This document shows, in pieces, positions 7,635 to 17,843 of a stretch of DNA of 64,000 nucleotides. The DNA is from Chloroflexia bacterium (GTDB taxonomy: Bacteria; Chloroflexota; Chloroflexia; DTKN01), in NCBI GenBank assembly GCA_036172265.1, contig JASFBA010000017.1, forward strand, positions 8,431-72,430, written 5' to 3'. Position 1 is the first letter of the stretch; every line of letters begins with the position of its first letter. The position numbers were made by a program, and so were the translations under genes. The notes below the pieces were generated by a model. The model was not told the DNA's origin and made no database searches. It saw only the letters and a list, made by a program, of their open reading frames with translations.

Positions 7635-10208
7635 TTGGAGAAGGTGGAACAGGAACACCGGACGCGGCAGTTGGAGCACCTGGCCGCCCTGGGTCGGCTT
7701 CTTTCCAAGGAGGAACGGGCCGGCTGCGCCGATACGGCTGCCCCGGCCGGCCTGGAGGCCCACTTCCGCCAGTGGCAGGCCCAGGCCCAGCCTCTGGGCC
7801 TTTCTGCCGAACTCCTGACCCGTTTGGGAGAACTCCTGGGTAACTACGGCCATCTCATCCTCTCGGCTCGCCAGGCCCGGGTGCGCCAGGCCCTGGCCCT
7901 CCTCCGCCAGACCTACCGGACCCTGCGCGATGGGGTCAGCCCGCCGCAGGCCCAGTCTCTGGCTGCTCCCAAGGGGCCTGTTCCGGCTCATCCGCACCCG
8001 TCCCGTCGCACTCTTCCACCGCCCAAAGGGGTCACCCTGGATACGCCTCTGGAAAAGGCTGGCGGCATCTACGGCGCCTACTTGCGTGGGCTGAAGCGGC
8101 TGGGTCTGCAGACGGTACGCGACCTCCTTTACCACTTTCCCCGGCGCTACGACGACTTTACCTCGCTCAAGCCGATCCATGCTCTGATGTACGGGGCCAC
8201 CGAGACGATCATCGCCACCGTCGAGGAAGTGGAGCAGCGGCGCACCTACAGTGGACGGCTCCTCATCTCGGCCCGCGTGCGGGATGAAACCGGCAGCATC
8301 GAAGCGATCTGGTTCAACCAGCCCTACCTTCTGAAGTCGCTCAAGCCCGGGATGAAGGTGGTCCTGAGCGGGCGGGTGGAGCAGTTTCGCGGCCGGCTGA
8401 CGCTGGAGTCGCCGGAGTGGGAGCCGTATGACGCCGAACTGGTGCATACCGGCCGGCTGGTGCCGGTCTACCCGATGAGCGGGGAGATGCGCCCCCGGGG
8501 CACGCGCCGGCTGATCAAGCGTTTCCTGGAGCAGTGGGCCGACCGCGTTCCCGATCCCCTGCCGCCGGAGGTGCGCTGGCGGGCCGACCTCTGGGAACTC
8601 GGTCGGGCCCTGCGTCAGATCCATTTCCCCGACGATTGGGATTCGCTCCGGCAGGCCCGTCGGCGTCTGGCCTTTGACGAGTTCCTCTACATCCAACTGG
8701 GCGTCCTGCAGCGCAAGCGGGAGTGGCAGGCCAGTCCCGGCCACCCGCTCGCCGTAGACCGGGAACTTCTGGGGCGTTTCCTGGCTCGGCTTCCTTTTGC
8801 TCTCACCGGGGCGCAGGAGCGGGCGCTGCGGGAGATACTGGCCGACCTGGAGCGGGATGTGCCGATGAGCCGGCTTTTGCAAGGCGATGTGGGTTCGGGG
8901 AAGACGGTGGTGGCGACGGCGGCGGCGCTCATGGCGGTGGCGAACGGCCGGCAGGTGGCCCTGATGGCTCCCACCGAGATCCTGGCCGAACAGCACGAGC
9001 GCACCATCCGGATGCTCCTTTCCGGCCTGGAGGTGCCTGGCCGGCCCAGCGCCCAACATGTCTCCACTTCCGGCGAGGAGTGGAAGGAGGAAGACCCGGA
9101 ACGGGCCCGACGGCTGGCCGAACTGAAGGCGCTTTTGGGGGTGGAGGAACGGCCGGCTGGGGGAGAGCCCCGGGTGGCCCTCCTGATCGGCAGCATGAAG
9201 GAGCGGGAAAAACGCGAACTGCGAGCCGCCATCGCCGAGGGCGGAGTGGACATCGTCGTAGGCACCCACGCCCTCATCCAGGAAGGGGTCGTCTTCGCCA
9301 ACCTGGGGCTGGTGATCATTGACGAACAGCACCGCTTCGGCGTGCTCCAGCGCCAGGCCCTCCACCAGAAGGGCTACAACCCCCATCTCCTGGTCATGAC
9401 CGCCACTCCCATCCCCCGTACCCTGGCCCTGACGCTGCACGGCGACTTGGACCTCTCCGTCATTGACGAGATGCCTCCCGGCCGGCAGAAGATTCGCACC
9501 CGATGGCTTGCCAATGCCGAGCGCCAGCGGGCCTATGACTTTATCCGCAAGCAGGTACAGCAAGGCCGGCAGGCCTTTATCATCTGCCCGCTGGTGGAGG
9601 AATCGGAAAAGATCGAGGCCGCTGCCGCGGTAGAAGAGTTTCACCGCCTGCAGGAAGAGGTTTTCCCCGACCTGAAACTGGACCTCCTTCACGGGCGGAT
9701 GTCCGGCGCGGAGAAGGAGCGTATCATGCGCCGCTTCCGCGATGGGGAGACCCAAGTGCTTGTCTCCACGCCGGTCGTGGAAGTGGGCATTGATGTGCCC
9801 AACGCCACGGTGATGATGGTTGAAGGGGCCGAGCGCTTCGGCCTGGCCCAGTTGCACCAGTTTCGCGGCCGCGTCGGACGAGGCGAGCATGCTTCCTACT
9901 GCATCCTTCTGGCCACCTCTGACACGCTGGGGAGCGAAAGACTCAAGGCCATTGAGGAGACGGACGACGGCTTTGCCCTGGCCGAAATCGACTTGGAACT
10001 GCGTGGACCGGGGGAATTCTTCGGCACGCGCCAGAGCGGCATGCCCGACCTCAAGGTGGCCCGGCTGGGGGATAGCCGCCTTCTGGACCTGGCCCGCCGG
10101 GAGGCCGAAGCCATCCTGGCCGCCGACCCCACCCTGAGCCGGCCGGAGCATGCTGTCCTGGCCGAACGTCTGGCCGCTTTCTGGAGCCGGGAGGTGGAGA
10201 TCAGTTGA
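7635..10208 (+). CDS. recG: ATP-dependent DNA helicase RecG
   Basis: ..LLYHFPRRYDD.. wedge region, GDVGSGKTVVA (motif I), IIDEQHRFGV (motif II), MTATPIPRTL, GRVGRG. The TTG start at 7635 gives about 130 aa of extra N-terminus, so the true start is uncertain. Confidence 0.9.
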   Translation: MEKVEQEHRTRQLEHLAALGRLLSKEERAGCADTAAPAGLEAHFRQWQAQAQPLGLSAELLTRLGELLGNYGHLILSARQARVRQALALLRQTYRTLRDGVSPPQAQSLAAPKGPVPAHPHPSRRTLPPPKGVTLDTPLEKAGGIYGAYLRGLKRLGLQTVRDLLYHFPRRYDDFTSLKPIHALMYGATETIIATVEEVEQRRTYSGRLLISARVRDETGSIEAIWFNQPYLLKSLKPGMKVVLSGRVEQFRGRLTLESPEWEPYDAELVHTGRLVPVYPMSGEMRPRGTRRLIKRFLEQWADRVPDPLPPEVRWRADLWELGRALRQIHFPDDWDSLRQARRRLAFDEFLYIQLGVLQRKREWQASPGHPLAVDRELLGRFLARLPFALTGAQERALREILADLERDVPMSRLLQGDVGSGKTVVATAAALMAVANGRQVALMAPTEILAEQHERTIRMLLSGLEVPGRPSAQHVSTSGEEWKEEDPERARRLAELKALLGVEERPAGGEPRVALLIGSMKEREKRELRAAIAEGGVDIVVGTHALIQEGVVFANLGLVIIDEQHRFGVLQRQALHQKGYNPHLLVMTATPIPRTLALTLHGDLDLSVIDEMPPGRQKIRTRWLANAERQRAYDFIRKQVQQGRQAFIICPLVEESEKIEAAAAVEEFHRLQEEVFPDLKLDLLHGRMSGAEKERIMRRFRDGETQVLVSTPVVEVGIDVPNATVMMVEGAERFGLAQLHQFRGRVGRGEHASYCILLATSDTLGSERLKAIEETDDGFALAEIDLELRGPGEFFGTRQSGMPDLKVARLGDSRLLDLARREAEAILAADPTLSRPEHAVLAERLAAFWSREVEIS

Positions 10209-10786
10209 GGGTCATCACCGGTTCCGCCAAAGGCCATCGTCTGAAGGCCCCAAAAGGACTGCGCACCCGGCCGATGTTGGAGAAGGTGCGTGCTTCCCTC
10301 TTTGCCGTCCTGGAGGGCTATCTGGGCGGCATCTCCGGCCGGGTACTGGACCTCTATGCCGGAAGCGGCGCGTTGGGCATCGAGGCCCTCTCGCGGGGAG
10401 CAGAATGGGCCGATTTCGTGGAGATCAACGCCGGAGCCTGCCGGTTCATTCGGGAGAACCTGGAGCACACCCGCCTGAGCGAACGTGCCCATGTCTACCA
10501 GGCCGAGGTGCGGACCTTTCTGCACCGGATGCATGAAGGAGCAAAGTATGATATAATTTTTCTCGATCCGCCCTATGCGGATCCCCTGGTAGAGAGAGTC
10601 CTGGATGAACTGGCCGGCGGGCCTCTTGTACACGAGAGCACTTTGGTAGCGGTGCACCATGCGGTCCGGCTGATGCTTGCCGAAAGTTATGGCCCCCTGC
10701 GCTGCCTGGAACGGCGGCGCCTTGGGGATAGTGCTCTGAGCCTCTACGGCATGCCGGCTTGGTGGAAAGAAGATCCATCTTTTTAG
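10205..10786 (+). CDS. rsmD: 16S rRNA (guanine966-N2)-methyltransferase RsmD
   Basis: MRVITGSAKGHRLKAPKGLRTRP..LDLYAGSGALGIEALSRGA..IIFLDPPY. The TTG start overlaps the recG stop. Confidence 0.85.
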   Translation: MRVITGSAKGHRLKAPKGLRTRPMLEKVRASLFAVLEGYLGGISGRVLDLYAGSGALGIEALSRGAEWADFVEINAGACRFIRENLEHTRLSERAHVYQAEVRTFLHRMHEGAKYDIIFLDPPYADPLVERVLDELAGGPLVHESTLVAVHHAVRLMLAESYGPLRCLERRRLGDSALSLYGMPAWWKEDPSF

Positions 10787-10811
10787 GCATTTTCATAGGC
10801 CCGACTTCGGA

Positions 10812-11363
10812 ATGCCCTTATGGACTGGACAAGGAGGTCCGGTGGTTACTGCCATTTATCCCGGCAGTTTCGACCCGGTGACGAACGGCCATCTGGACAT
10901 CATCGCCCGGGCGGTCCGGCTCTTCGATCGGGTGATTGTGGCCGTCTACGACCGGCCGGCCAAACGGCTGCTCTTCAGCGCCGAAGAGCGGGTGGAGATG
11001 ATTCGTCAGGCTGTTCACGAATTCCCCAATGTCTCGGTGGAGCGGTACGACACGCTCACCGTGGACTATGCCCGCCGCGTGGGTGCTCAGGTCATTATCC
11101 GCGGCCTGCGGGCCATGACCGACTTTGAACTGGAACTCCAGATGGCCCATATGAACCACCGCCTGGCCCCGGAGATCGAGGTTGTTTGCCTGATGACGGC
11201 CCAACATTATTCTTTCCTGAGTTCCAGTATCGTCAAAGAGATCGCCGCCTTAGGGGCCGATGTGAGCAACTTGGTCCCGGCCCACGTTGCGCAGGCCTTG
11301 CGGGAAGTTCTGAGCCGCAGAGATGAGACCCCGCAGGTCTCGAAAGGGGACAGAGATGAGTGA
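10812..11363 (+). CDS. coaD: phosphopantetheine adenylyltransferase
   Basis: AIYPGSFDPVTNGHLDII.., ..IRGLRAMTDFELELQMAHMN.., ..SSSIVKEI. Confidence 0.9.
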   Translation: MPLWTGQGGPVVTAIYPGSFDPVTNGHLDIIARAVRLFDRVIVAVYDRPAKRLLFSAEERVEMIRQAVHEFPNVSVERYDTLTVDYARRVGAQVIIRGLRAMTDFELELQMAHMNHRLAPEIEVVCLMTAQHYSFLSSSIVKEIAALGADVSNLVPAHVAQALREVLSRRDETPQVSKGDRDE

Positions 11364-11859
11364 CGAACTGGCCCGGTTGCTCGATGAACTGGAAAAGACG
11401 CTGGCCCAGAGCGGTCGTCTGCCCTTTCTTCGTCGTCTCCTGGTGGAGGAGGACAAGGCGATGGGGCTGCTGGATCGCCTGCGGGCCGCCGTGCCCGAAG
11501 AGGTGCGCCGGGCACGCCAGGTTTTGCGCGAACGGGAACAGATTCTGGAGCAGGCCCGTCGTCAGGCCCAGCGTATTGCCGAGCAAGCCCAGCAGGAAGC
11601 CGCTATGCGCCTGGAGGAGGAGGGCCTGCTGGATGAGGCCAAGAAGCGCTCCGAGCAAATTCTGGAAGAGGCCCGTCGGGAGGCCGAGCGGATTCGCCGG
11701 GGAGCCGACCAGTACGCCCGCGAGGTCTTGACCGAAATCGAGGCCCGCCTCTCCCAGGCCCAAGGCGAGATTCGGGAGACGATGGGGCGCATCCTGGCCA
11801 GCGTCCGCAAGGGATTGGCCGAACTGGAAGGAGACGAGGAAACCAGGGAAGAGGCGTAG
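11356..11859 (+). CDS. hypothetical coiled-coil protein
   Basis: MSDELARLLDELEKTL.. The ATGA overlaps the coaD stop. Long E/R/Q-rich heptad-like sequence. Confidence 0.6.
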   Translation: MSDELARLLDELEKTLAQSGRLPFLRRLLVEEDKAMGLLDRLRAAVPEEVRRARQVLREREQILEQARRQAQRIAEQAQQEAAMRLEEEGLLDEAKKRSEQILEEARREAERIRRGADQYAREVLTEIEARLSQAQGEIRETMGRILASVRKGLAELEGDEETREEA

Positions 11860-11867
11860 GGGGAACC

Positions 11868-12572
11868 CTATCCCAGGTTGGTTGGGTGGGCATCTGTCCT
11901 TGAAGGTAAAAAGAGCAGCCGTTCGAAGGTGTCTTCCGGCAGGCCGGCCAGAGAATCCACAACCTGCTCGGCGGCTTCCAGGCGCTCCCGGGGATGGGTG
12001 GTGGCCACGGCCAGGCAGGCCATGCCGGCCCGATGGGCCGCTTCCACCCCGGCCGGTGCATCTTCCACCACCACACAGCGCTTCGGCGGCATCCCCAGAC
12101 GTTGCGCTGCCAGGAGGAAGGAAGCGGGGTCCGGTTTCCCCCGTTCCACCTCTTCTCCGGAGACGAGCGCCTGAAACAGGCCGGACATGCCGAGTGCCCT
12201 CAGGATGGCTTCGATATTCTCGCGGGGTGCTGAGGAGACGACGGCCTGGGGAATCCCCCGCCGGTAAAGCCGATGCAACCAATCCAGCGCTCCGGGTAGT
12301 GGGGTCAGTCCCTTCCGGGCGATGAGTGCCCGGTAACGCTGCTCTTTGGCTGCGCCGATGGCCGCCACCCGTTCCGGCGGCAGGCCCGGCCCCAGCACGT
12401 CGGCGATGATGGCATCGTTGCGCTGGCCAAAGGTACGGCGGAAGGTCGCCTCATCGAGGGCAAGGCCTTCTTCGGCGAAAGTATCCTTCCAGGCTCGATA
12501 GTGGTAGGGAGCGGAATCCACCAGCACCCCATCCATATCCCAGAGGACGGCAAAGGGAGCCTTCTTGACCAT
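11868..12572 (-). CDS. HAD-superfamily hydrolase (beta-phosphoglucomutase-like)
   Basis: AVLWDMDGVLVDS (DxDG), ..VVSSAPR.., ..GKPDPASFL.., ..VVVEDAPAGVEAA. Confidence 0.8.
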   Translation of the reverse strand: MVKKAPFAVLWDMDGVLVDSAPYHYRAWKDTFAEEGLALDEATFRRTFGQRNDAIIADVLGPGLPPERVAAIGAAKEQRYRALIARKGLTPLPGALDWLHRLYRRGIPQAVVSSAPRENIEAILRALGMSGLFQALVSGEEVERGKPDPASFLLAAQRLGMPPKRCVVVEDAPAGVEAAHRAGMACLAVATTHPRERLEAAEQVVDSLAGLPEDTFERLLFLPSRTDAHPTNLG

Positions 12573-12624
12573 AGGAAATCGTAACTACCCAGCTCCGAAA
12601 GGGGCTTCCAGAAAGCCCGATGGC

Positions 12625-12650
12625 AAGGGCAGGATCGGGACCCGCCCCTT
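12625..12650. repeat. REP-like imperfect palindrome (GGGGCGGGT..ACCCGCCCC family)
   Basis: AAGGGCAGGATCGGGACCCGCCCCTT; the right arm ACCCGCCCCT is shared with 16630-16639. Confidence 0.4.
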
Positions 12651-12731
12651 TGTAACTGAACCGCCGCTTCAGCGGCGGGGGGAAATGCGGGTCAAAACCA
12701 CCGCCAGGGGTAACAGGAAATCTCTGTCAAT

Positions 12732-12762
12732 GGGGTGGGGCGGCTGCATTCCGCCCCACCCC
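12732..12762 (-). terminator. strong hairpin downstream of dnaK (possible terminator, no U-tract)
   Basis: GGGGTGGGGCGG-N7-CCGCCCCACCCC, a 12-bp perfect stem about 35 nt after the dnaK stop. Confidence 0.45.
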
Positions 12763-12796
12763 GGCGCTATTGCCCTGGGCAGCACACATACCGCCC

Positions 12797-14716
<1,920 letters not shown>

Positions 14717-15364
14717 CTATGTACTGCTTTCTATTTTCTCTTGGGGTTTTCCTTCTGTCGTGGAGGACTTGGCTTGAACCGGCGCTTCATCCGCAGCCCC
14801 GGTCGGAGTTTCCCGGCCCTTGCCCACCTTGACCAGGGCCGGCCGTAGGACGCGATCGCCCAATTTGTACCCCTTTTGGAGTTCGGTCAGCACTAGGCCG
14901 TCCTGCTCGGCCGGCACCTCCTCGAAGAGGATGGCCTCATGAAAGTAGGGATCGAAAGGCTTGCCTGCCGCCTCGATCGCCCGCAAGCCGTGCTGCTCCA
15001 GGACGGCCTGGAGGCGACGGTAGATCAGGATCACCCCCTCGATCCAGGAGAAACGCAGGAGTTTCTCGTCGGGCAGGACGGCCAGGGCACGCTCAAAGTC
15101 GTCCAGGAGGGGAAGCAGGCGGAGGACGAGGCCGGAGGTGGCCTCCTGAGCCATCTGTTCCCGTTCCTGTTCGACACGCTTCTTATAGTTCCGCAGTTCG
15201 GCTACGGAGCGCAGCCACTGGTCGTAATATTCGGCCGATTTTTTCTTTTCCTCCTCCAGTTCCCGGCGCAGGGCTTCGGTCTCCTCGCCAACCGCCTCCA
15301 CGGCTGGGGCTTCGGCCTGCTCCGGAACGAGGGTTTCTGCGCTTTGGGCCTCTTTCTCGGTCAT
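14717..15364 (-). CDS. grpE: nucleotide exchange factor GrpE
   Basis: ..YYDQWLRSVAELRNYKKRVEQE..LLPLLDDFERA..FDPYFHEAI..GYKLGDRVLRPALVKV. ATG 15364 lies behind GGAGGTG. Confidence 0.9.
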   Translation of the reverse strand: MTEKEAQSAETLVPEQAEAPAVEAVGEETEALRRELEEEKKKSAEYYDQWLRSVAELRNYKKRVEQEREQMAQEATSGLVLRLLPLLDDFERALAVLPDEKLLRFSWIEGVILIYRRLQAVLEQHGLRAIEAAGKPFDPYFHEAILFEEVPAEQDGLVLTELQKGYKLGDRVLRPALVKVGKGRETPTGAADEAPVQAKSSTTEGKPQEKIESST

Positions 15365-15379
15365 GGGAGAAATCACCTC

Positions 15380-16435
15380 CTATCTCGCCGACGGTTCACC
15401 GTGTAGTCCTTCCAGGAGTTCGCTGAGCGTTCGGGCGATAAAGCGCACTGCCGAGATGGAACGGGGGTAAGGCATCCGGGTAGGCCCCAGGACGCCGAGC
15501 ACTCCTTCCTGGCGGCCGACCAGGCCGTAGCGGGAGAGGATCAGGCTATAGTCGCGCATCTCTTCGCGCTGGCTCTCCCCGCCGATGATCACCTGAACGC
15601 CGCTTCGCTGCAGGGCCTGGGCCAGCATTTCCAGGAGGAAACGGCCTTGCTCCAAGATTTCCAGGAAACGCCGGGCCTGATCGCTGGAGGCGAACTCGGG
15701 CTGTTCCAACGTTTCCAGCGCGCCGTCGCGGGCGATCTCCTCCCATTCCCAGCGGTCTAGTTGCTGCATCGTGGAGACGACCAGGTTCAGGATCTGGCGT
15801 TCCAGGACGTTCCACTCCTCGCTTACCTGGCCGGCCGCTCCGGAAGCGTCGAGGCCGGCCAGGCGTGTGTTCATACGGCCGGCCATACGGCTCAGTTCCT
15901 CCTGGGAAAGGGCCTCGCTCAAGGTCAACATATGCTGGCGGATCGTTCCGTCCTGGAAGATGAGCACCAGGAGTACTCGGGTATCGTGCACCGAGAGAAG
16001 TTCCAGGTGCTTGAAACGGGAACGGAGGGAACGGGCCGGCGTGACCACGGCAGCGCTGCGCGAGAGGCGGGCCAGGGCGGAGGCGGCCAGGCGGATCCAC
16101 TCCTCCATGTCGGTGCGTACCTGGTAGAACTGATGGCGAATCATCCGCTGTTCCTCTGCCGGAAGCGGGTGCCACTCCATCAGGTGCTCCACAAAGTAGC
16201 GGTAGCCCTGATCGGTGGGGATCCGGCCGGCCGAGGTATGGGGATGATAGAGCAACCCCAGTTCTTCCAGGGCGGCCAGGTCATTGCGCACCGTAGCCGA
16301 ACTGACCCCCAGAGCATAGTTCTGCACCAGCGCCTCCGAAGCCACCGGCAGCGCCGTGCGCACATACTCCTGGATCACCAGCTTCAACACAAGTTCCCGC
16401 CGCGCCGTCAGCCGCGGCACCTTCGGCAGAACCAT
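15380..16435 (-). CDS. hrcA: heat-inducible transcription repressor HrcA
   Basis: ..LTARRELVLKLVIQEYVRTALPVASEALV..GVSSATVRNDLAALEELGLLYHPHTSAGRIPTDQGYRYFV. Confidence 0.9.
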   Translation of the reverse strand: MVLPKVPRLTARRELVLKLVIQEYVRTALPVASEALVQNYALGVSSATVRNDLAALEELGLLYHPHTSAGRIPTDQGYRYFVEHLMEWHPLPAEEQRMIRHQFYQVRTDMEEWIRLAASALARLSRSAAVVTPARSLRSRFKHLELLSVHDTRVLLVLIFQDGTIRQHMLTLSEALSQEELSRMAGRMNTRLAGLDASGAAGQVSEEWNVLERQILNLVVSTMQQLDRWEWEEIARDGALETLEQPEFASSDQARRFLEILEQGRFLLEMLAQALQRSGVQVIIGGESQREEMRDYSLILSRYGLVGRQEGVLGVLGPTRMPYPRSISAVRFIARTLSELLEGLHGEPSAR

Positions 16436-16451
16436 CTCCTCCTCCGTATGA

Positions 16452-16478
16452 TTAGCACTCTCATTATGAGAGTGCTAA
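16452..16478. promoter_or_regulatory. CIRCE operator (HrcA binding site)
   Basis: Perfect TTAGCACTC-N9-GAGTGCTAA between the promoter and the hrcA start. Confidence 0.9.
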
Positions 16479-16490
16479 TCTTCAAATAGC

Positions 16491-16519
16491 AGTTTAGCAC
16501 GTTTGCCCCATTTTGTCAA
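16491..16519 (-). promoter_or_regulatory. promoter of the hrcA-grpE-dnaK operon
   Basis: Minus strand TTGACA-N17-TAAACT, immediately upstream of CIRCE. Confidence 0.65.
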
Positions 16520-16613
16520 GAGGACTTTCGAGGTCAGGGCTTCTCAATGCTCCCTCATATCGGAATGCTAAAGACTTGGGTTAGGTCTCCCGCCTGACAG
16601 ACCTCGCGGCGCC

Positions 16614-16641
16614 GTAAGACGGGTTCGGAACCCGCCCCTAC
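16614..16641. repeat. REP-like palindrome GTAAGACGGGTTCGGAACCCGCCCCTAC
   Basis: Imperfect inverted repeat with GTA..TAC ends, preceded by a second hairpin GGTCT-N10-AGACC (16585-16604). Confidence 0.5.
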
Positions 16642-16849
16642 GGGCCCGAATTGCCATCCCAGTATGGCTCGGCAGGTAGACTTTTTATCGGAGCGTTGAA
16701 AAGCCCTGCGGAGTTGTCCGGGTAACCGGTGGTGCTGTGCGGCCTTGGGTAGTCGCGGAAGCGTAACCAGCGTAGCCTCCCTCTAGCCGCTCGCCCCTGT
16801 CGGCCAAGGATAAGGCGTTTGGCACTAGCCGTCTGCTCCCCTGCTTCTG

Positions 16850-16922
16850 CTTCCCGGGGTGGACTCGAACCACCAACCTACTGATTAACAGTCAGCCGCT
16901 CTGCCGATTGAGCTACCGGGAA
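16850..16922 (-). tRNA. tRNA-Asn (GTT)
   Basis: Manual cloverleaf of 73 nt: TTCCCGG/CCGGGAA acceptor stem, anticodon loop CTGTTAA, T-loop TTCGAGT. No encoded CCA. Confidence 0.9.
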
Positions 16923-16932
16923 TTCTACATTT

Positions 16933-16961
16933 ATTATACCACCCTTTCCCTATTTCGTCAA
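16933..16961 (-). promoter_or_regulatory. promoter of tRNA-Asn
   Basis: Minus strand TTGACG-N17-TATAAT (TGg extension), 10 nt before the tRNA 5' end. Confidence 0.6.
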
Positions 16962-16988
16962 ATCTATTGTCCTGGTGCTCTCCAATAG

Positions 16989-17017
16989 TTGCGCCTTGGG
17001 GCAGGTTGTAGTACAAT
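16989..17017 (+). promoter_or_regulatory. candidate promoter of the CooC-like gene
   Basis: TTGCGC-N17-TACAAT. Confidence 0.5.
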
Positions 17018-17059
17018 GCCGGCCGTCCGGAGAGTATTCTCCGGGAGGAGGTGGATCCG

Positions 17060-17818
17060 ATGACTCGAACGATCGCTATTGCCGGAAAAGGGGGAAGTGG
17101 AAAGACCACGGTGGCGGCGCTGCTGGCCCACTACCTGAGCCACTACGGCACCGTTCTGGCGGTGGATGCCGATCCCTCCTCCAACCTCCATATGGCGCTG
17201 GGAATGCCTTTGGAAGCCACGGTAGGAGATATTCGCGAAGGCATGCTGGAGGAAGTTAAACGGGGTACCTTTCGCGCCGGACTGAACAAGCAGGATTATT
17301 GGGAGTGGAAGATTAGCGAGGCCCTGGTGGAGGGGCAGCGAATCGATCTGTTGGCGATGGGCCGGCCGGAGGGGCCGGGATGCTATTGCGCCGCTAACAA
17401 CATGCTCCGCGCCTGCCTGGACCGCCTGCAGAGCCAGTACGACTATGTGGTGATGGATAACGAGGCCGGCATGGAACACTTGAGCCGCCAGACCACCCGC
17501 GATGTAGATATCCTGCTCCTGGTCTCCGACCCTTCTATCCGCGGCATCTCGGCGGCGGCACGGATGCAGAAACTCATCCATGAATTACGTACCCGGGTTG
17601 GCCGAATTGCCCTGATTGTCAACCGGGTGGATGGAACGCTGCCTCCGACGGTACAGGAGGCCATCGTCGCTTCCCGCCTGGAACTCCTGGGAATGCTCCC
17701 CGATGCCCCTTCCATCCGTGAGTACGATGCCTTGGGCCGGCCGCTTGTCCTCCTGCCGGAGGATGACCCCCTGCGACGGCGAATCGTCGAACTGGCCCAG
17801 TCGTTGGGATTACCATAA
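17060..17818 (+). CDS. CooC/AcsF-type P-loop ATPase (nickel-insertion accessory protein family)
   Basis: TIAIAGKGGSGKTT (deviant Walker A), GPGCYCAANN (CxC motif), VVMDNEAGMEHL. ATG 17060 lies behind GGAGGAGGTG. Confidence 0.75.
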   Translation: MTRTIAIAGKGGSGKTTVAALLAHYLSHYGTVLAVDADPSSNLHMALGMPLEATVGDIREGMLEEVKRGTFRAGLNKQDYWEWKISEALVEGQRIDLLAMGRPEGPGCYCAANNMLRACLDRLQSQYDYVVMDNEAGMEHLSRQTTRDVDILLLVSDPSIRGISAAARMQKLIHELRTRVGRIALIVNRVDGTLPPTVQEAIVASRLELLGMLPDAPSIREYDALGRPLVLLPEDDPLRRRIVELAQSLGLP

Positions 17819-17843
17819 ACGTGTTGGCGTATGGAGACGGGCG

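Noticed and set aside
7389-10151. 920-aa ORF on the minus strand opposite recG.
   Set aside because: This is a typical high-GC shadow ORF. Its translation is low-complexity (G/P/R/A/L-rich) with no recognisable motifs, while the plus strand carries complete RecG helicase motifs.
16614-16641. T-arm-like hairpin ACGGGTTCGGAACCCG; considered as a tRNA, a tmRNA 3' domain or a tRNA fragment (att site).
   Set aside because: There is no acceptor, D or anticodon arm around it. The loop TTCGGAA departs from the T-loop consensus at the conserved A58 position. The sequence belongs to the REP-like palindrome family. No duplicate of the tRNA-Asn 3' end was found in the window.
16725-16849. Weak resemblance (GGTGCTGTG..GGGTAG..GGAAGC..CTCTAGC) to SRP RNA Alu / helix-5 sequences.
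   Set aside because: A complete SRP RNA would have to run into the oppositely oriented tRNA-Asn. No domain IV GGAA / AGCA motif pair was found nearby. Kept only as an unexplained region in the findings.
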